From: Haliotis rubra
Lineage: Eukaryota
DNA length: 64,000 nt
Reading direction: 5' to 3'
Assembly (NCBI RefSeq): GCF_003918875.1
Contig: NW_025765402.1
Coordinates: 62,001 to 126,000 of the forward strand
The notes under the pieces are model-generated. The model was not told the origin of the DNA. It saw only the letters and a program-made list of their open reading frames with translations, and made no database searches. The translations under genes and the position numbers were made by a program. Below, piece after piece: positions 48,148 to 61,779 of the stretch. Position 1 is the first letter of the stretch. Each line of letters begins with the position of its first letter.

Positions 48148-51100
48148 ATGGACGTCTGGTTTAACATCGGTATCAGGATTGTCATCTTGCTTATTTTGCC
48201 AAATTCATATTTGACACAAGGTAAGTTTAGTGCGTTCATTTGTAATGGCTGCAGTTATCTATGTTGTTACACCCTGTTTATGGGCTTCAAACGTAGTACC
48301 TGTGTAGATAATCAAACCCAGACCTGCATGACGAGCGAACGCTGTAACCACCCGTCTACCAATAGTTTTCTTATGAATAAACAACTTTCCATCAGTGGTT
48401 TAAATATTTGGTAATCTAAATAGTGAAGTGTAGGATAAAAAGTGATAAACGTAGTAATGTGTCTAACCTGATAATTCATTTGGATTGCAGAAAACATATG
48501 TCCAACCTCAGCTGGAGAAAAAGGTAAGTGTACATGTTCCTGATATTCCGTGATATTAAAAGTAATGTATGTAATCCATATGTTTAATATATAAAGACTA
48601 GTGCCACAGTGTCAGTGTAGCGTTATATAACCCATCCATATGTTGTCAATACAGTGGTGCTTTATACACTGTTGACTGTAGTAAATATGACGTCAACAAA
48701 ATTAGGTTGTGATGTCATCTCATACTGAACGTATACCTCACTGATACGTTTCAATTAATATGACCAAGATAACTGCCACGTGTACTCATTATATAATTTA
48801 GATTATTGCATAATGTTGATTACCTTGACTCATGCAGATAATACTTCAAATACACGTGCTCTAATATGAAACTAATCACCAATTAAGTGTTAAATGAACA
48901 TTGTTCCTAATTTATTGAAAAGATGATGAAAGCTGACAATTGTTGCACAGTTATTAAAAGAACACTGTACTATTTAGTGACGTGTTCCGACAAAGCAGTA
49001 CTCATTTGTGTATATTGTGCTTCAGTTGTGCATGTGTGTGAGAGCAGCTTTGCCTCTGGAACATCCATCTATCTGGACACTATTAAGGCCGTCGACTATC
49101 AAGGCAGTTGTACATGTACACTCAGGGCGCAGGGTGGCGCTGTTGACTTCCAGTTATCAGTGCAAGGGGTGCATACAGACTGTGATGCTACCCTATATGT
49201 CCCCCCACCCATTGATCACACCTACAACTGTGTAGACAAAACACCTTCAACAACTACAGGACGGATCGGGTCAGGACAGATACTCTTTATATCTCTCACC
49301 AAGAATTCTGACGTGGCTGATTTCTGTGTTCATTTAGTGCAGACATCAACAGGTGAGCTTCTGTGCCGTAGCTGAATACATTGGGTGACGAATGTACCAT
49401 CGGCTTCCTCACATACCAATTACGTTCAGACTTTTTTTTTAAAACCCGTGATGATCCAGGTTAGAATTGATCTTCAGAAACCCATGCTTGTCTTAAAGGC
49501 GACTAATAGGATCGGGTGGTCAGGCTCGCTGACTTGGATGATATATGTCATCGTATCCTAAGTGCATAGATCGTTGCTCATAATGTTGTTCACTTGATTG
49601 TCTGGTCCAGACTCGATTATTTACAGACCGCCGCTATATAGCTGGAATATTGCTGTGTGCGACGTAAAACTAACTCACTCACTCAGTTTCCTCACAAGCT
49701 TACGTTTGTCACATATCGTCACTATATGTGTTATTCGTACTGATTCCTGTTCTAAATTACCGTGACCAGGGAGCACATTTACAGAGGAGCACATGTACGA
49801 GTAAATAGCATCTGTTTGCACAACGAAACAATCGTTGATCATCATGTAAAGAGGTATCATTGTCTGAAGTTGCCTATAATACGTCAAAGGAAAATATTTG
49901 AGTTTATATATGAGGTTATTTGACCTATAGCTATACTACTGAAATTAAATCAACATTGAACCCATGTTCGTGTTGTTTTTAAAACGAAAAGTCCCCAACT
50001 ATATGTATATTTTTCACTTACAATCTTCCAGCATTCTCAGCATGTAAACGTGCAGGTGACTTATAAAATCCACTTTCAGATTAGACTGTAAGTTCATATT
50101 AGGGTAATTAGTAAGTAACGCATATTCATATTCTTACAAAGGTAAAGGTAATTACGTCGTCGTTGTTTCAGCTGGATCTTTAAACGTAGTGTGCACACAG
50201 GGGACGCTGAAACCTACCACCACCATTGCCACAACGACAATAACTCCTCCTCCTGCAGTGACTTCATCTCTGACCACGAGTATAGGTAATTATATGGCCG
50301 TTATTACATCTACCTTGACGCCCGTGAAGATCCGGTTAGAATTGGTCTTCAGTAAACCCATGCTTTTTCGTAAGAGGCGACAAACGGGATCGGGTGATCA
50401 GGCCAGGTGACTTATTTGACACTTGTCATCGTATCCCAGTTTCGTAGATCGAAGCTCATGGTGTTGATCACTGGGTTGTCTGGTCCAGACTCGATTATTT
50501 ACAGAACGCCGATGGAATATTGCTATGCGGGGTGAAAAATCGCTTACCTTGTATATCTGTTACAGACTAAAAATTTCAGTCATTTCGTGAAATAGCTAAG
50601 AGGGTTAGCCATTCAACTATCCCTACTGCTCGTTATCTTTCTTCCTGGGTTAACCATGGCATTCTCTCTTTGTGACTTTATGTGCAGTGATATTGCAGTG
50701 TTGGACAGGCAATTTATACTGATTTTTCGCACGATCTTTCCCATATATCCGACTAAGACATGTGTTTCGTGTTTCCGAGAGACGAGGCCACAACATTCGT
50801 TTTAGCGATTTGTTTCGTGCATCACGAACATTGGCAATCGTTATCAAGCACATTTGCATCCAATTTGATTGACACCTCCAAGGCTATGCCAATAGCGAAA
50901 TGGCTGATTCATAATCTGACTGTAACATATCACTTTGAACCTGAATCGATTGTAGACATATGAAAGGAGGAGTGACTGGTCAATTGAGTCATTAAGTTAA
51001 AACAAAGTAAATCAAAGGCACAAAGTAGCATATCTATGATGGAACCATATTCTGCAAGTGATAGGGTAGGTATAGCAATAACATCAATCAGCCTGATTCC

Positions 51101-54100
51101 ATATTTAACTTATATATTGTAATATTTTTTGTTTTATTTTCAGGGAACCCATGCCAGCCTGATCCAGGAGATGGAGGTTTGCTATATTATTTTAAGAAAC
51201 GTTTTTTAAGTCAACTTTTGTTGTCACCACGGTAATAACTAAATGGACTTTCGTGACACTTGTGTTCGTAGAGTGTACGTTATTATCATCTAATATCATT
51301 CCAAATCTGTCTTATCTATGTTATTGATATGTTATGGTACGAATGGTGAGATTGGGCTTAAATAGTGATTACTATAAATATGCCTTCCTGTGTGAAATGA
51401 TCCAAAGCGTTTTGGATTGGAAAGTGCCCAAACCTGCATTGCTTAATTCGTAATTTGGAATTATGAGTTCTATTTGAATGCACGATTGATATAAATCTAT
51501 TAAACTATATGATGTGTCTCTGACATGTTAATGAAGACTAGAAATGAAAACGTTTGGATCAATTATTATCAAATTTATAAACGTTATGCGGAGAACAGCT
51601 TAAGGTCTTTGATATAGTATTAACACAAACGCAAATACGATGTATATATTTTGAAATTTTAGATGTCCGAAAGAGGTCTAGAAATGTACACTGATTTTGA
51701 TTTTGATTTAAACACATTTAATGCGAATAAACAAATGGATTAGGCACAAAAGACATACTTACGAGACCGTCTCCAATATACATTTTGCTGAATGGTTATA
51801 TGTGAATAATTACAGTGTTGAATCCATTTGTTTATTCGTACGAACTAAGAAATGCGGGTACTCGCTAAGAACTACTCAGTATCGGTGTGACCATTCATTT
51901 TGAAGTTTCCAATTTCCAAAATGGACCACTCATAACGATACATTAAGGGATCAACTTCCTACCACAACATGCAACAATGACATAATGACTACTTCTCCAG
52001 GTTATGCATAAGATAGGTATACGTATTTCTAAGGCATAACTCAAAGTGACTAACGAAATGGTACTGAAATGAATATTCTAATCCATTCTAGGCATTGCCC
52101 TCATGCTGTTGATCACTGGATTGTCTGGTCCAGACTCGATTATTTACAGACTGCCACCATATAGCTGGAATATTGCTGAGTGCGGAGTAACACTAAACTC
52201 ACTCACTCACTCACTCTAGGCATTGCCATTGGTATCATACTATTTGTCAACCTATCGGAGTTGTAGCCACGTGTATCCTGTAACCTATTCCATAGGAACC
52301 CGTGCTATAATTTGATCAGTGTTGTCACAAAGAAGGCGCTACTGGGGTACTTTTTTCCAAATAACAAAGGTTTTCTTTGACTATGTGGAATAATTGTTGG
52401 TACCTCCATAATAAAACCATGACTTTGAGATTAGCCCTGATCAGTCGAACATAGTATTTCTTCTTCTTGTTTAATGTGAATGTGAAAAGGGCGCATTTTA
52501 TCCATCCATTCATATCGCATCTGGCTCAAAAAAATACTTCTCCACTTCTCCATGAAACCTGACGAATATGAAAGTCATTCTAGTCGTATTCAAAACGCAC
52601 CATTGAATACGTTAATACGTTTTGTCATGTTATGACTTCCTCCTGGTATTAACGTTCATGAACTGAGAGCAGTTGGAAGTATATGGTGTGCATGCCTAGC
52701 GTTCCAAGATTTACAAGATAACATAAGCGCTATGTCTAGCTGACAAACATGTACTCAGTGAGCGTAAGTTGTGAGTAGCGCTGCCTGTTTTCAAGTCTAA
52801 ATGTATGTATTTTCTACCAGGATCCCTTAATGTGGCCTGCTCCACTGGCACATTCGAAACAACCACTTCCCCTACAACAACGTCCTCGACAAGCAACGGA
52901 AATAGTAACGTAGTCACCACTTCGGATACGTCTGTTACTGTGAGCGAAGGCCCATCAACCACAAGTCCAGAAAATATAGTCAATGAAAGCACAGGTTCAT
53001 CAACTGCAAGTCCAGATAATACAGTGACTGAAAGCAAAGATGCATCTAGTGAAAGTCCAGACAATACTGTGACTGAGAGCAAAGACCAGTCCCCTGCAAG
53101 TCCAGATGATACCGCGACTGAAAGCAAAGATGCATCTAGTGAAAGTCCAGACAATTCTGTGACTGAGAGCAAAGACCAGTCCCCTGCAAGTCCAGATGAT
53201 ACAGCGACTGAAAGCAAAGATGCATCTAGTGAAAGTCCAGACAATACTGTGACTGAGAGCAAAGTTTCCTCAGGCGAAAACCAAAACATAACATCGTCTG
53301 GTCGCACAGGTGCTAATAATGCGGACACTCCTCAGTCCGTTATTGTAGGTACGTATCGGTGTCTCATGCCGTTGAAACATGTCTTCCCTTAACGTTACAT
53401 CTCACCATTTATATATTCAACACAAACAATTCACTGACACACAAAACGACACGCCTCATCATATAGGGACTATATCTTTGAAAACACTTTTGTTCTGTTT
53501 TTCAGTTGACTTGTACAGGTATTTTAACTCACTATACCAACATAACAAATGCCCATCAAGCATCCCATTATCCCAATTATATGTGAGATCAACTATTAGT
53601 ATTTGAAAGGCCTGGATCAGGGGCGTTAAGTAATACCAAAATATATCTATGGCATGAGAAAAATAATGATATTTTTGGGTTTCATTGTTATGAAAGTGCT
53701 CTTTGTCTCTTCTGTTTACAATTTTAGTGAGCTTTGTCGTTGTTGGAGTCTTTGCAGCAGCCGTGGTCGTGATCATATTGTTTGGACTTTTTACTTACTG
53801 CAGGTAAGGGATTCAAATTGGAACATAGCATAACATGTCACGTGTCCCGAGGTTCGTATTTATGTCGTAAGAATGGGCAATCACGCCGTTAAATACTGAA
53901 CTTAAAACACAGGCATACGTTCACTTCACAACAACTGTATAACGACTTTAGTTATTCCCCGGTGGTCAAAAGTCACCTACTGTGTCACTTACACACAGGT
54001 CTTGATTCATGATCCAATTCCACTTTTAACTTCATTGAAGGGAAATTCAAACATGACTGCTCGTGATGTAATGTACACTGTATTGTCTAACATATTGAAA

Positions 54101-54272
54101 GGGTGTGCAGACAAGATTTGTCTGTGACATTTTGATATCCATTTAAAATCCTTTATTGAGATTCACAAACACAAAGCTTATTTGTGTTGTCGTTTTCATT
54201 TTCAGGGATAAATCAAGACTAGAAAAGATTCGGTCGGCACAGGATCTTCCCAATGGACATACTACTGTATAG
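48148..54272 (+). CDS. Type I membrane protein A: divergent CUB-like Cys domain, long Ser/Thr/acidic stalk, TM and short tail ending -TTV
   Basis: Exons 48148-48220 (signal), 48491-48523 (ENICPTSAGEK), 49026-49352 (VVHVC...CTCTL...DCDATLY...YNC...FCV), 50172-50285 (GSLNVVC + Thr-rich), 51144-51176 (GNPCQPDPGDG), 52821-53348 (GSLNVAC + 15-aa SPDNTVTESKD repeats), 53728-53803 (TM) and 54206-54272. All splice phases are compatible. The CUB assignment is by Cys/beta-strand pattern only. Confidence 0.85.
49444..49684 (+). mobile_element. Non-autonomous retroposon, family B
   Basis: Full-length match to the family consensus. Confidence 0.88.
50321..50540 (+). mobile_element. Non-autonomous retroposon, family B
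   Basis: Starts CCCGTGAAGATCCGGTTAGAATTGGTCTTCAG. Confidence 0.85.
52100..52214 (+). mobile_element. 5'-truncated family B retroposon with a 13-bp TSD
   Basis: TSD TCTAGGCATTGCC at 52087-52099 and 52215-52227. Confidence 0.9.
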
Positions 54273-55241
54273 CTAATAAGAGCAACATAGAAGAACTATG
54301 CTGAATGCAGCAATATATTTCAATGATTGTTAAATATCAAAATACGTCTTCCAGTATGAGCAGAACGCAGCAATATGCTGAAGCCAGCATGGTAACATGC
54401 GATGTATAGCATAGCATTTATCATCCTTATGGAGTTCCACAAGGTTCTGTCTTATGTCCAATTCCATTTACAACATCACTAGAGAAACAGCCCGATCAAA
54501 CAGTATCCAGTTTCATCTGTACTCGGACAATACCAACATATACTTGCGTTCAAACCCTCTCAGTCGTCGTCAGTATCTGCTTGTGAAATACTTACAAATG
54601 TCATCAGTGACATAAAGTTTTGGATGACAGCACACTTACTGAAACAGAAATTCTATTTGCTCAATATGACAAGACGAATTGCAACTCAACATCAAAGACT
54701 GTACTACCCGCATAGGACAAACTATATGCATTGATGTGCAGGGCACTCATCAACAAAACAGCAGTCTACTCAGCAGATGTTGTCCAGAAATATCCACCAA
54801 CAAAATGTCTCAGGTCATCAGACGAGTGTATGGTCAGGACGGTTGTGACATTGGCTAAAACATTCGGCAGTCGGTCCTTTCAGGCTGCTGGACCAATCGA
54901 GTGGACTTCCTCTTGAGATAAGAAACTCCAGGAAACTTCCCAGACTTAAATCCAGTCCGAAGATACATTTGTATAGGACAACATCTATAGTTCAAAGCGT
55001 TGATGGACATCTAATGTTTTGTTTTGATTGCAGCTACCATAGTCTCCTCAGCGCTACAGAACAGTTTCCTAGTAAACTGGATACCAGCGGTATACACATG
55101 ATGTAACATCTAAATAAATGTTTGAGTTAAGTGCGATGGACAAGTCGAAAATGGTTTCCATAACGATACACGCGTGACTTATTGAGACAGATGGACTTTG
55201 AGACTGGTGAGGGGAATTTAGTACATGGACATATATTCGGT

Positions 55242-55389
55242 GAATTAGTTAGGGTTTACGCTATTTTGAGGAATATTCCAACAATATCACAGCGGACGAC
55301 ATCAGAAATGGACTTCACACATTGTACCCGAGACCGAGCCTTCGATGTGATGAGCGAACTCTTTACCCACATCGTTACCTCACCGCTCC
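55242..55389 (-). mobile_element. tRNA-derived SINE, family A (diverged)
   Basis: CAGAAATGGACTTCACACATTGTACCC...GATGAGCGAAC. Confidence 0.65.
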
Positions 55390-55943
55390 ACATGGACATA
55401 AAACTAACCTTGCCCTTTGTATGTGTTAACGTGGTTCCAACAATGAAATCCGATGATGTATATACACTAGTATATTTCAAAGAAAATGCCAAAATATATG
55501 CACTTCTATTCTGAACATATTGCTTCATGTGAATGACCTAATACCATCGATATTAAAAGTCACCGTGTAAGATGAGGAAAATCAATTGGACTTACATGCA
55601 GTAATCCCAGTCAATAAATGTGGAGACATTATATGCTACACATAGAAAGACTGTGTGGGATTGTGTTGAACATATGTCATTGATCTTTGAATGTAGATGT
55701 CTGAAGATATCTGTGCTTTCCGGACATTGTTCAATACAGAGATAATACTCGCACGCATCTTCAGTACTGCTGACTGGAAGAGTAATAAATAGTTGAGGCT
55801 TTTATTGCTATAGGCATGTTAATGTAACTTTAACTGCAAGAACATGGCCTCGGGTTAATCCTCAGTGCACGATGTTATATCCAATGGCCCGGTAATGTCA
55901 GATTCACTCCAGACTGAAAGAGGGCACCCTTTTTCTCTGAAAG

Positions 55944-58900
55944 ATGGATAACACCTTCGGAATCATTCTGTTTTTAAGTTTACCATGTTTTTATCGAACA
56001 AAAGGTAAGGAGTTTGATTATGTTTATCTGTTGCTAGAAATTAAAATATCTGCAATCGACGCAGAAACTAGGCCTCATGCATTTACTTTGAATCAGTATT
56101 GATATCTTGATTTGACCAAAGAAAATGCCGGTCAGAATTTCCGTGACCCCCAAAGTCGAATTAATTTGCTGATATGGGTTGATGTACAAAAACTGGACAA
56201 ACGTATTGGGCCAAAATGGTTACGGCCGTATTTTTCTGTTCGGAGTGTTTCTAAATAAAAAATGATTTTAAGTTATATGTGTTAGTTGCACCTACCTTAT
56301 ACTTGATGATATATCTCTCGACTTTCCTTGTAAGAGGGCTGGAATCGATGAATATAGGCTTTGTTCATATCCCAGAGGTAAATTTTACCAGGTCATGCAA
56401 ACTGCACGGAACAGTGCGTCAACAGTTGATTAACTGACACCTTCTTTATGAACAGAACGTTTGAGTTTACCCCAGACATTTTCGATAATATTTAGATTTG
56501 GATTTTGCCCAGGTCAGTCCAAGACGTGAAATCCTTCTTTTTCCACAAAGACTTTCACGATCCGAGTCCGATGAACAGGTGCGTTGTCGTATTGAAACAT
56601 TTTGGAAGTGTCTTGCCCAAACAGGCCATAAGATTGGCATCAAGGATGTCAATATATTTCTCAACATGCATGATGTCATCCACGCTAACAAGTGCTCCAG
56701 TACAAAAGTGTGAAATACAATAAATTTTCTACATCATCAAACCTTCCTTATGTGAGCTAGAGGAAACACGCACTATGGCACACACCATTCATTTCTTTTT
56801 CGCCATGCAACAAATCTGTTGTCATTACTGATGACAATTTGAATGTTTTCCAGTTAGTTTCAACAGTCCAATGTATTTTTTGCAAAACACTTTGAGACAC
56901 ATTTTTTCTCGAATAATCTCCAGAACAACAATTTTCTGCTTTACAACTCGTCGAGAATGGCCATCAGATTTTAAAGTTCGACTGACAGTTTTAGTTTTGG
57001 CATCATCAACAGCATTCCTATATTCATTTATTTTGTTATAGTCATGTCACCTGGAACTCATCTTCTGTTCTCGCGAATACTTTTAATCAGTCGCATCTTT
57101 TCCGATAAGGTCATTTCGGTGAATGTTTTTCTTTTTGTAAGAAATATCGCTTCAACACATGCGATACAGTTGATTTTGGTACATTCAATCTTCTGACGAT
57201 GTCTTATTGTTTCAAACATCTAAGTTACGCTTAAATTCATGATGGCATATTTAAAGCTGACCGTCAATTCTTCTCTCCGGCGACCCATTACGATCAGCTG
57301 TCGAGAGCTATGTTTACTTCCGAGGCGACATCTTTCAATCGCACCATGACATGAAAACATCATTATTACTAGTACTCGATGGAACCTAAAATAATGCCCC
57401 AATGGAATATCACTACCCAATGATATACGACGTCCGTTTTGTCTCAATACTTTTGTCCATTCTCTGTATATCATCGTATATCCCTTCCGTTGATCGATGA
57501 CCATGAAGTCAATCACTTGATTGTGTGGTTTAGCACATATAGCTGTAATAAAGACAATAACATGTGTTCATGTCACTAGTCCTCGAATAAATATACCTAT
57601 AGGAACACCTCAAACGTATGCACATGTGAAAATTAAAGTAGCATTTGATGGCACTGTGTCAGTTAATCTAATAATTCTTCTAAACATGTTACGAAATTGC
57701 AAAATATTTATAGTAGGGATTACCTCAGTCAAATTTAAGCAAACACGGTGCACAAGTGGTATCAATACAAATTGGGCGGAAAAATATTATTTTCAAAAAT
57801 TTAGTCAGCGACAACTTTCTTCGCTTGAACACACATACAGTGGGACAGAGGCTTACGACATAAATTAATACTATCTGTTGTTTGCAGAAAATATTTGTCC
57901 ATCGGAAGTTGAAGAGAATGGTATGTATATAGTTCCCAATTATCCAGGTACATGTAAATAGCAAAATATCGCAATACATTTTAACGAAGAAGATGACATT
58001 AGGTTAAAACGGTGAATGAATGTGTCCAATGACCATGAATGTATTTCATATGCAGTATATCATCGCATTCGTATAGTAATTAAGTGTTAACACTTGACCT
58101 GCCTTTACGTGTGTTTGTGACGGGCGCCACAGGTGGGCAGGATACGCACTTCTCTTGGCAATCACCTGGTCATCACCATACGATAATAATTCATAAACTC
58201 ATCATTATCATATAGTTGTAATTATAAATTGGGTTCAATTTTTAAAATCAGAAATCATCGACAGGAAGACACCCTAAATTGGTAAGAAATATACGATGGT
58301 ACAGCATGTAATATCTACGCGTGTTTTGTGGACACCTCAATTAACAGTACTTCTTCAATTTCAGTTGTTCATATATGTGAAAAAAACTTTGTCAGTGGAG
58401 AAATCTTCTATCTGAACACTGCTAGAGGTTTCAAGTATGAAGGAAACTGTGTGTGTCAACTTACGGCACATGGTGCGGCAATTGATCTCGAATTATCAGT
58501 TCACGAAGTCGACAAGTCCTGTGACGCTACCCTGTATTTCTCACCTCCGATCGATCACATGTACAACTGTGCAGACAAGTCACCGCCAACCGTAGCAGGG
58601 AGGATCGAACCCGGACAGACAGCCTTCATTTCGTTTTTTAAACCTTCCCCTGATGTTATAGCCGACTTTTGTGTGATGGTGGTGCAAACAACAACGGACG
58701 GTGAGTTTACAGAGATTATGTGATTGAAGTTGGTAATATGGTTGTTTGATCGGCATTCTAGAAGTTAGTGAGTCAACAAATAAAACATACAACTTTATGG
58801 ATGCCAACTTCTTGTTTATTCCGTTGAGCGACGTTTTGATATAGATTCTTACATCGTTATCAAGCTAAAAGTGATAACGAGAACGATGTAAAAATCTACA

Positions 58901-61779
58901 TCGAAACGCCGCCCAACGGAATAAAAAGGAAGTTGTCATCCATAAAGTTGTATGTTTCATTTAAAGGTTATATGATTGTGAGATCACAAAATACACATGA
59001 CCTAGCTCAACCACTATGCCAATAGTCACGTCCAGAATAACCACTTTCGGGTCATCCATCATCATATACTTGATGTTACTGCATCTGGGACAATGTCGTC
59101 CTTGTAATCATTGTTTTGAAATTATTATTATTATTTATTTAAAAAAATATTTTTATTCATTTCAGATAGGTATAATTGTTTTGAAAGTTACTTTGCTTGA
59201 TTCTTGAATAAGGGCGGTAGCGTAGCATAGTGGTTAAAGCGTTGGCTTGTCACACCACATGGTCCAATGTGTATAGCCCATTTCTGTTGTCCCCGCTGGA
59301 ATAATGCAAAAAGCTGCGTAAAACTAAACTCACCCACTCACTGTTTCTTGAATACTCAACAACGTTAGGCCAGAAAGATTCAAGAATTGATTTCTATTAA
59401 ATCAACCATCCAAACAGGCATAGATGCAAAGAGGTCACCCATTCTCTTTGTGCTTCCGAACAGTTAATTGTGAATGAAAACCAGTGATGTGCAGACGTTT
59501 AGCTGTCCTTGTTTGTCGTATAATCGCTGGTTCAGCCAAGAACGTCTACGTCGACGTCTACTAAGTTTCATTTGACAGGAACATTTACGTTACGTTAATA
59601 AAAGAAGACAACAGTCCGATAGAGCAACACATGCTTTCCTTGGTGTCACCACTGATGGGCATCAGTCCATTTATATATCGTCTCCACTATTTCGCCTTTT
59701 GCGCCCAGTGAATCTGTTTCGGCAGACCACTGCTGCTGATTATTATATAGTATTATATTATATATTATCATATATTTTCCCAAATACATGTTATTTTTTT
59801 CTGCTCGTCCGGTTGCATCCATCCTTCAATTCCTCGTCATACTCAACATCTTCAACACATGCTCTTCCAGTTGTGTAGAATGTTTTCATGATGTACTGTG
59901 CAGCAAGTGAGGGCAACATAATAACACTAATTGTCAGTGAGGTTTTCTTCCACATGAAACACATTCTTTATCCATACGATTTGTGTCCAAGAAATATGTA
60001 CAGTGGAACATTACACGGACTAATTATACATTTCCACTAGGATCAATGGGATTGACCTGTACACGAGGGAAACTGAAAGCAGATGCACCGGCTCCTCACA
60101 ACGACAATACTAGGAAAGACCCTGCTATATCAGGATTTGTTGGTAAGAATTATGATACACTCTTCCTCTTGCAACCAACGAGCCAGGATGTGCTGTTGGA
60201 CAGCTATGTTTGTATAGTTGAAGTTCTGCCTGCAACACCGAGGTCTATTTGGTATTCTCATTTTGAAACAAGAAGCTGTGGAAGTTCTCTTTGGTATTCA
60301 TATTGTTAATAGGGGCGGTGCGGTAGCCTAGTGGTGAAAGCGTTGGCTCGTCACGCCGAAGACCCGGGTTCGAATCCCCACATGGGTACAATGTGTGAAG
60401 CCCCCGCCGTGATGTTGCTGGAATATTGCTAAAAGCGGCATAAACCAACGTCAGTCAGTCAGTCAGTCATATTGTTAACTAATTTCCATGGAGTAACTAT
60501 TTTTCCTTTGGGAAAATATTTTAATCCAACATATCAAAACTTGTTGACAATCAGCTCTTTACAGAAGTTCCTTATGGACTCGATATTGCGTCAATACTCT
60601 CATTTGTATATCGGAAAGGGATTGAAACAAACTATTATATATGGCATCTTCATCATGTACAATTATGTGACAATCCGCAATTATGCGCAAATATTATACC
60701 TCGCATTACAAAATATTGGAAGTGTCTGTTAAAACGACACAAAGTGTAAATATGGGTGTTGCCTTTGTAGCCTATATAGCTTGTCAATAAGACCAAAAAT
60801 GCGGGTATTTGCAACAGTACCTTGTCAGTATGTCCACTGTTTATACAATTATGTATAGATATTCTTCTTGTATTGCATCCATATCATTTTACACAATACC
60901 TTTGCTTTTTGTTTTAGTCAGCTTCATCGTGGTCGTTATATTTGCTGTTGTCGTGATGGCGATAATACTTATAGCGCTTGTTGTTTACTGCAGGTAAGTG
61001 TGAGCATTTACTGTCGCGGTAACGGCGTCTAAACTCCGTTAACGACAATATTGAATATATTCTCATAGATGTTGTTTTTACATGTATCAGAGATCTGGAG
61101 ATTTGTAGTGAGTGAGTGAGTTAATATTTAACGACACATCGGCAATATTTCAGCCATACCGTGATGAGAACATTCGATATTGAAATGAAATATATGTATA
61201 TTAAAAAAAAAAACTGCCGACGAAGGACAGTAAAACAACTAGAATATCACAGATGTATGTAAAACTAGTAATTAAATCTAAAATATGTTACTTTTATATG
61301 ACAATACAATATAAAAACCGGCTATAGATTGCCAACAACTGAAGGTATATCACCATACTAGGGACCCTGGAGAATTGTAATAAGTACAGAATAAAATCGA
61401 TAAAAAGTAGTCATGCAAAATTTGCCAGGAAAACTTTAATGATACTTGTTAACATATGCATTCACACAGTTTACAATAATTTGTGTTCTTGGTCACAAGG
61501 CTGATGAATTCCATAGAACACTCCTATATGAGTGGCTTGCATTGTATTCAAAATTTGTTTTCACAGCAGCAACTCATTCTCATCGAAATTTGTTTGTTTA
61601 TTGTTGTTTGTTTGTATTTACATTACGATTTAGCATAATCAGTTATGATACGTAAGGTGTACTGGGTGAATTGCACGTCGCTTGTTATGATATGCCAATG
61701 TTTTAGGAAACAAAGACGAGTGAGGAAACTATCAATCGCCCACAGCAATATGAACGACCATGGAATTACTAATTTGTAG
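55944..61779 (+). CDS. Type I membrane protein B, tandem paralog of A: CUB-like domain, short stalk, TM and tail ending -TNL
   Basis: Exons 55944-56004 (MDNTFGIILFLSLPCFYRTK), 57888-57920 (ENICPSEVEEN), 58365-58700 (VVHIC...CVCQL...SCDATLY...YNC...FCV), 60041-60142 (GSMGLTC...), 60918-60993 (TM) and 61707-61779 (RKQRRVRKLSIAHSNMNDHGITNL*). The micro-exon (33 nt) and TM exon (76 nt) sizes match gene A. Confidence 0.87.
56470..57200 (-). mobile_element. Tc1/mariner transposase remnant in intron 1 of gene B
   Basis: The minus strand reads FQYDNAPVHRTRIVKVFVEKEGFHVLD*PGQNPNLNIIENVW, matching the Tc1 DD34E motifs FQQDNAPxH and WPxQSPDLNPIENLW. Boundaries are approximate. Confidence 0.78.
58778..58962. 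repeat. Inverted repeat (~80-bp arms) resembling Penelope-like element termini
   Basis: AAACATACAACTTTATGGATG..AACTTC..TTTATTCCGTTG.GCG.CGTTT.GAT.TAGATT.TTACATCGTT is mirrored across a short loop. Confidence 0.85.
59212..59342 (+). mobile_element. tRNA-derived SINE, family A, with TSD
   Basis: TSD TTCTTGAATA. Confidence 0.8.
60312..60468 (+). mobile_element. tRNA-derived SINE, family A, with TSD
   Basis: Intact A/B boxes (TAGCCTAGTGG, GGTTCGAATCC); TSD TCATATTGTTAA. Confidence 0.9.
61108..61372 (-). mobile_element. Retroposon family C
   Basis: Reverse-complement match to 1875-2141. Confidence 0.8.

Noticed and set aside
52711-53328. 205-aa minus-strand ORF
   Set aside because: Antisense shadow of the repetitive stalk exon of receptor A.
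60312-60385. tRNA-like sequence
   Set aside because: It is the head of a multi-copy SINE with body, tail and TSD, not a stand-alone tRNA gene.
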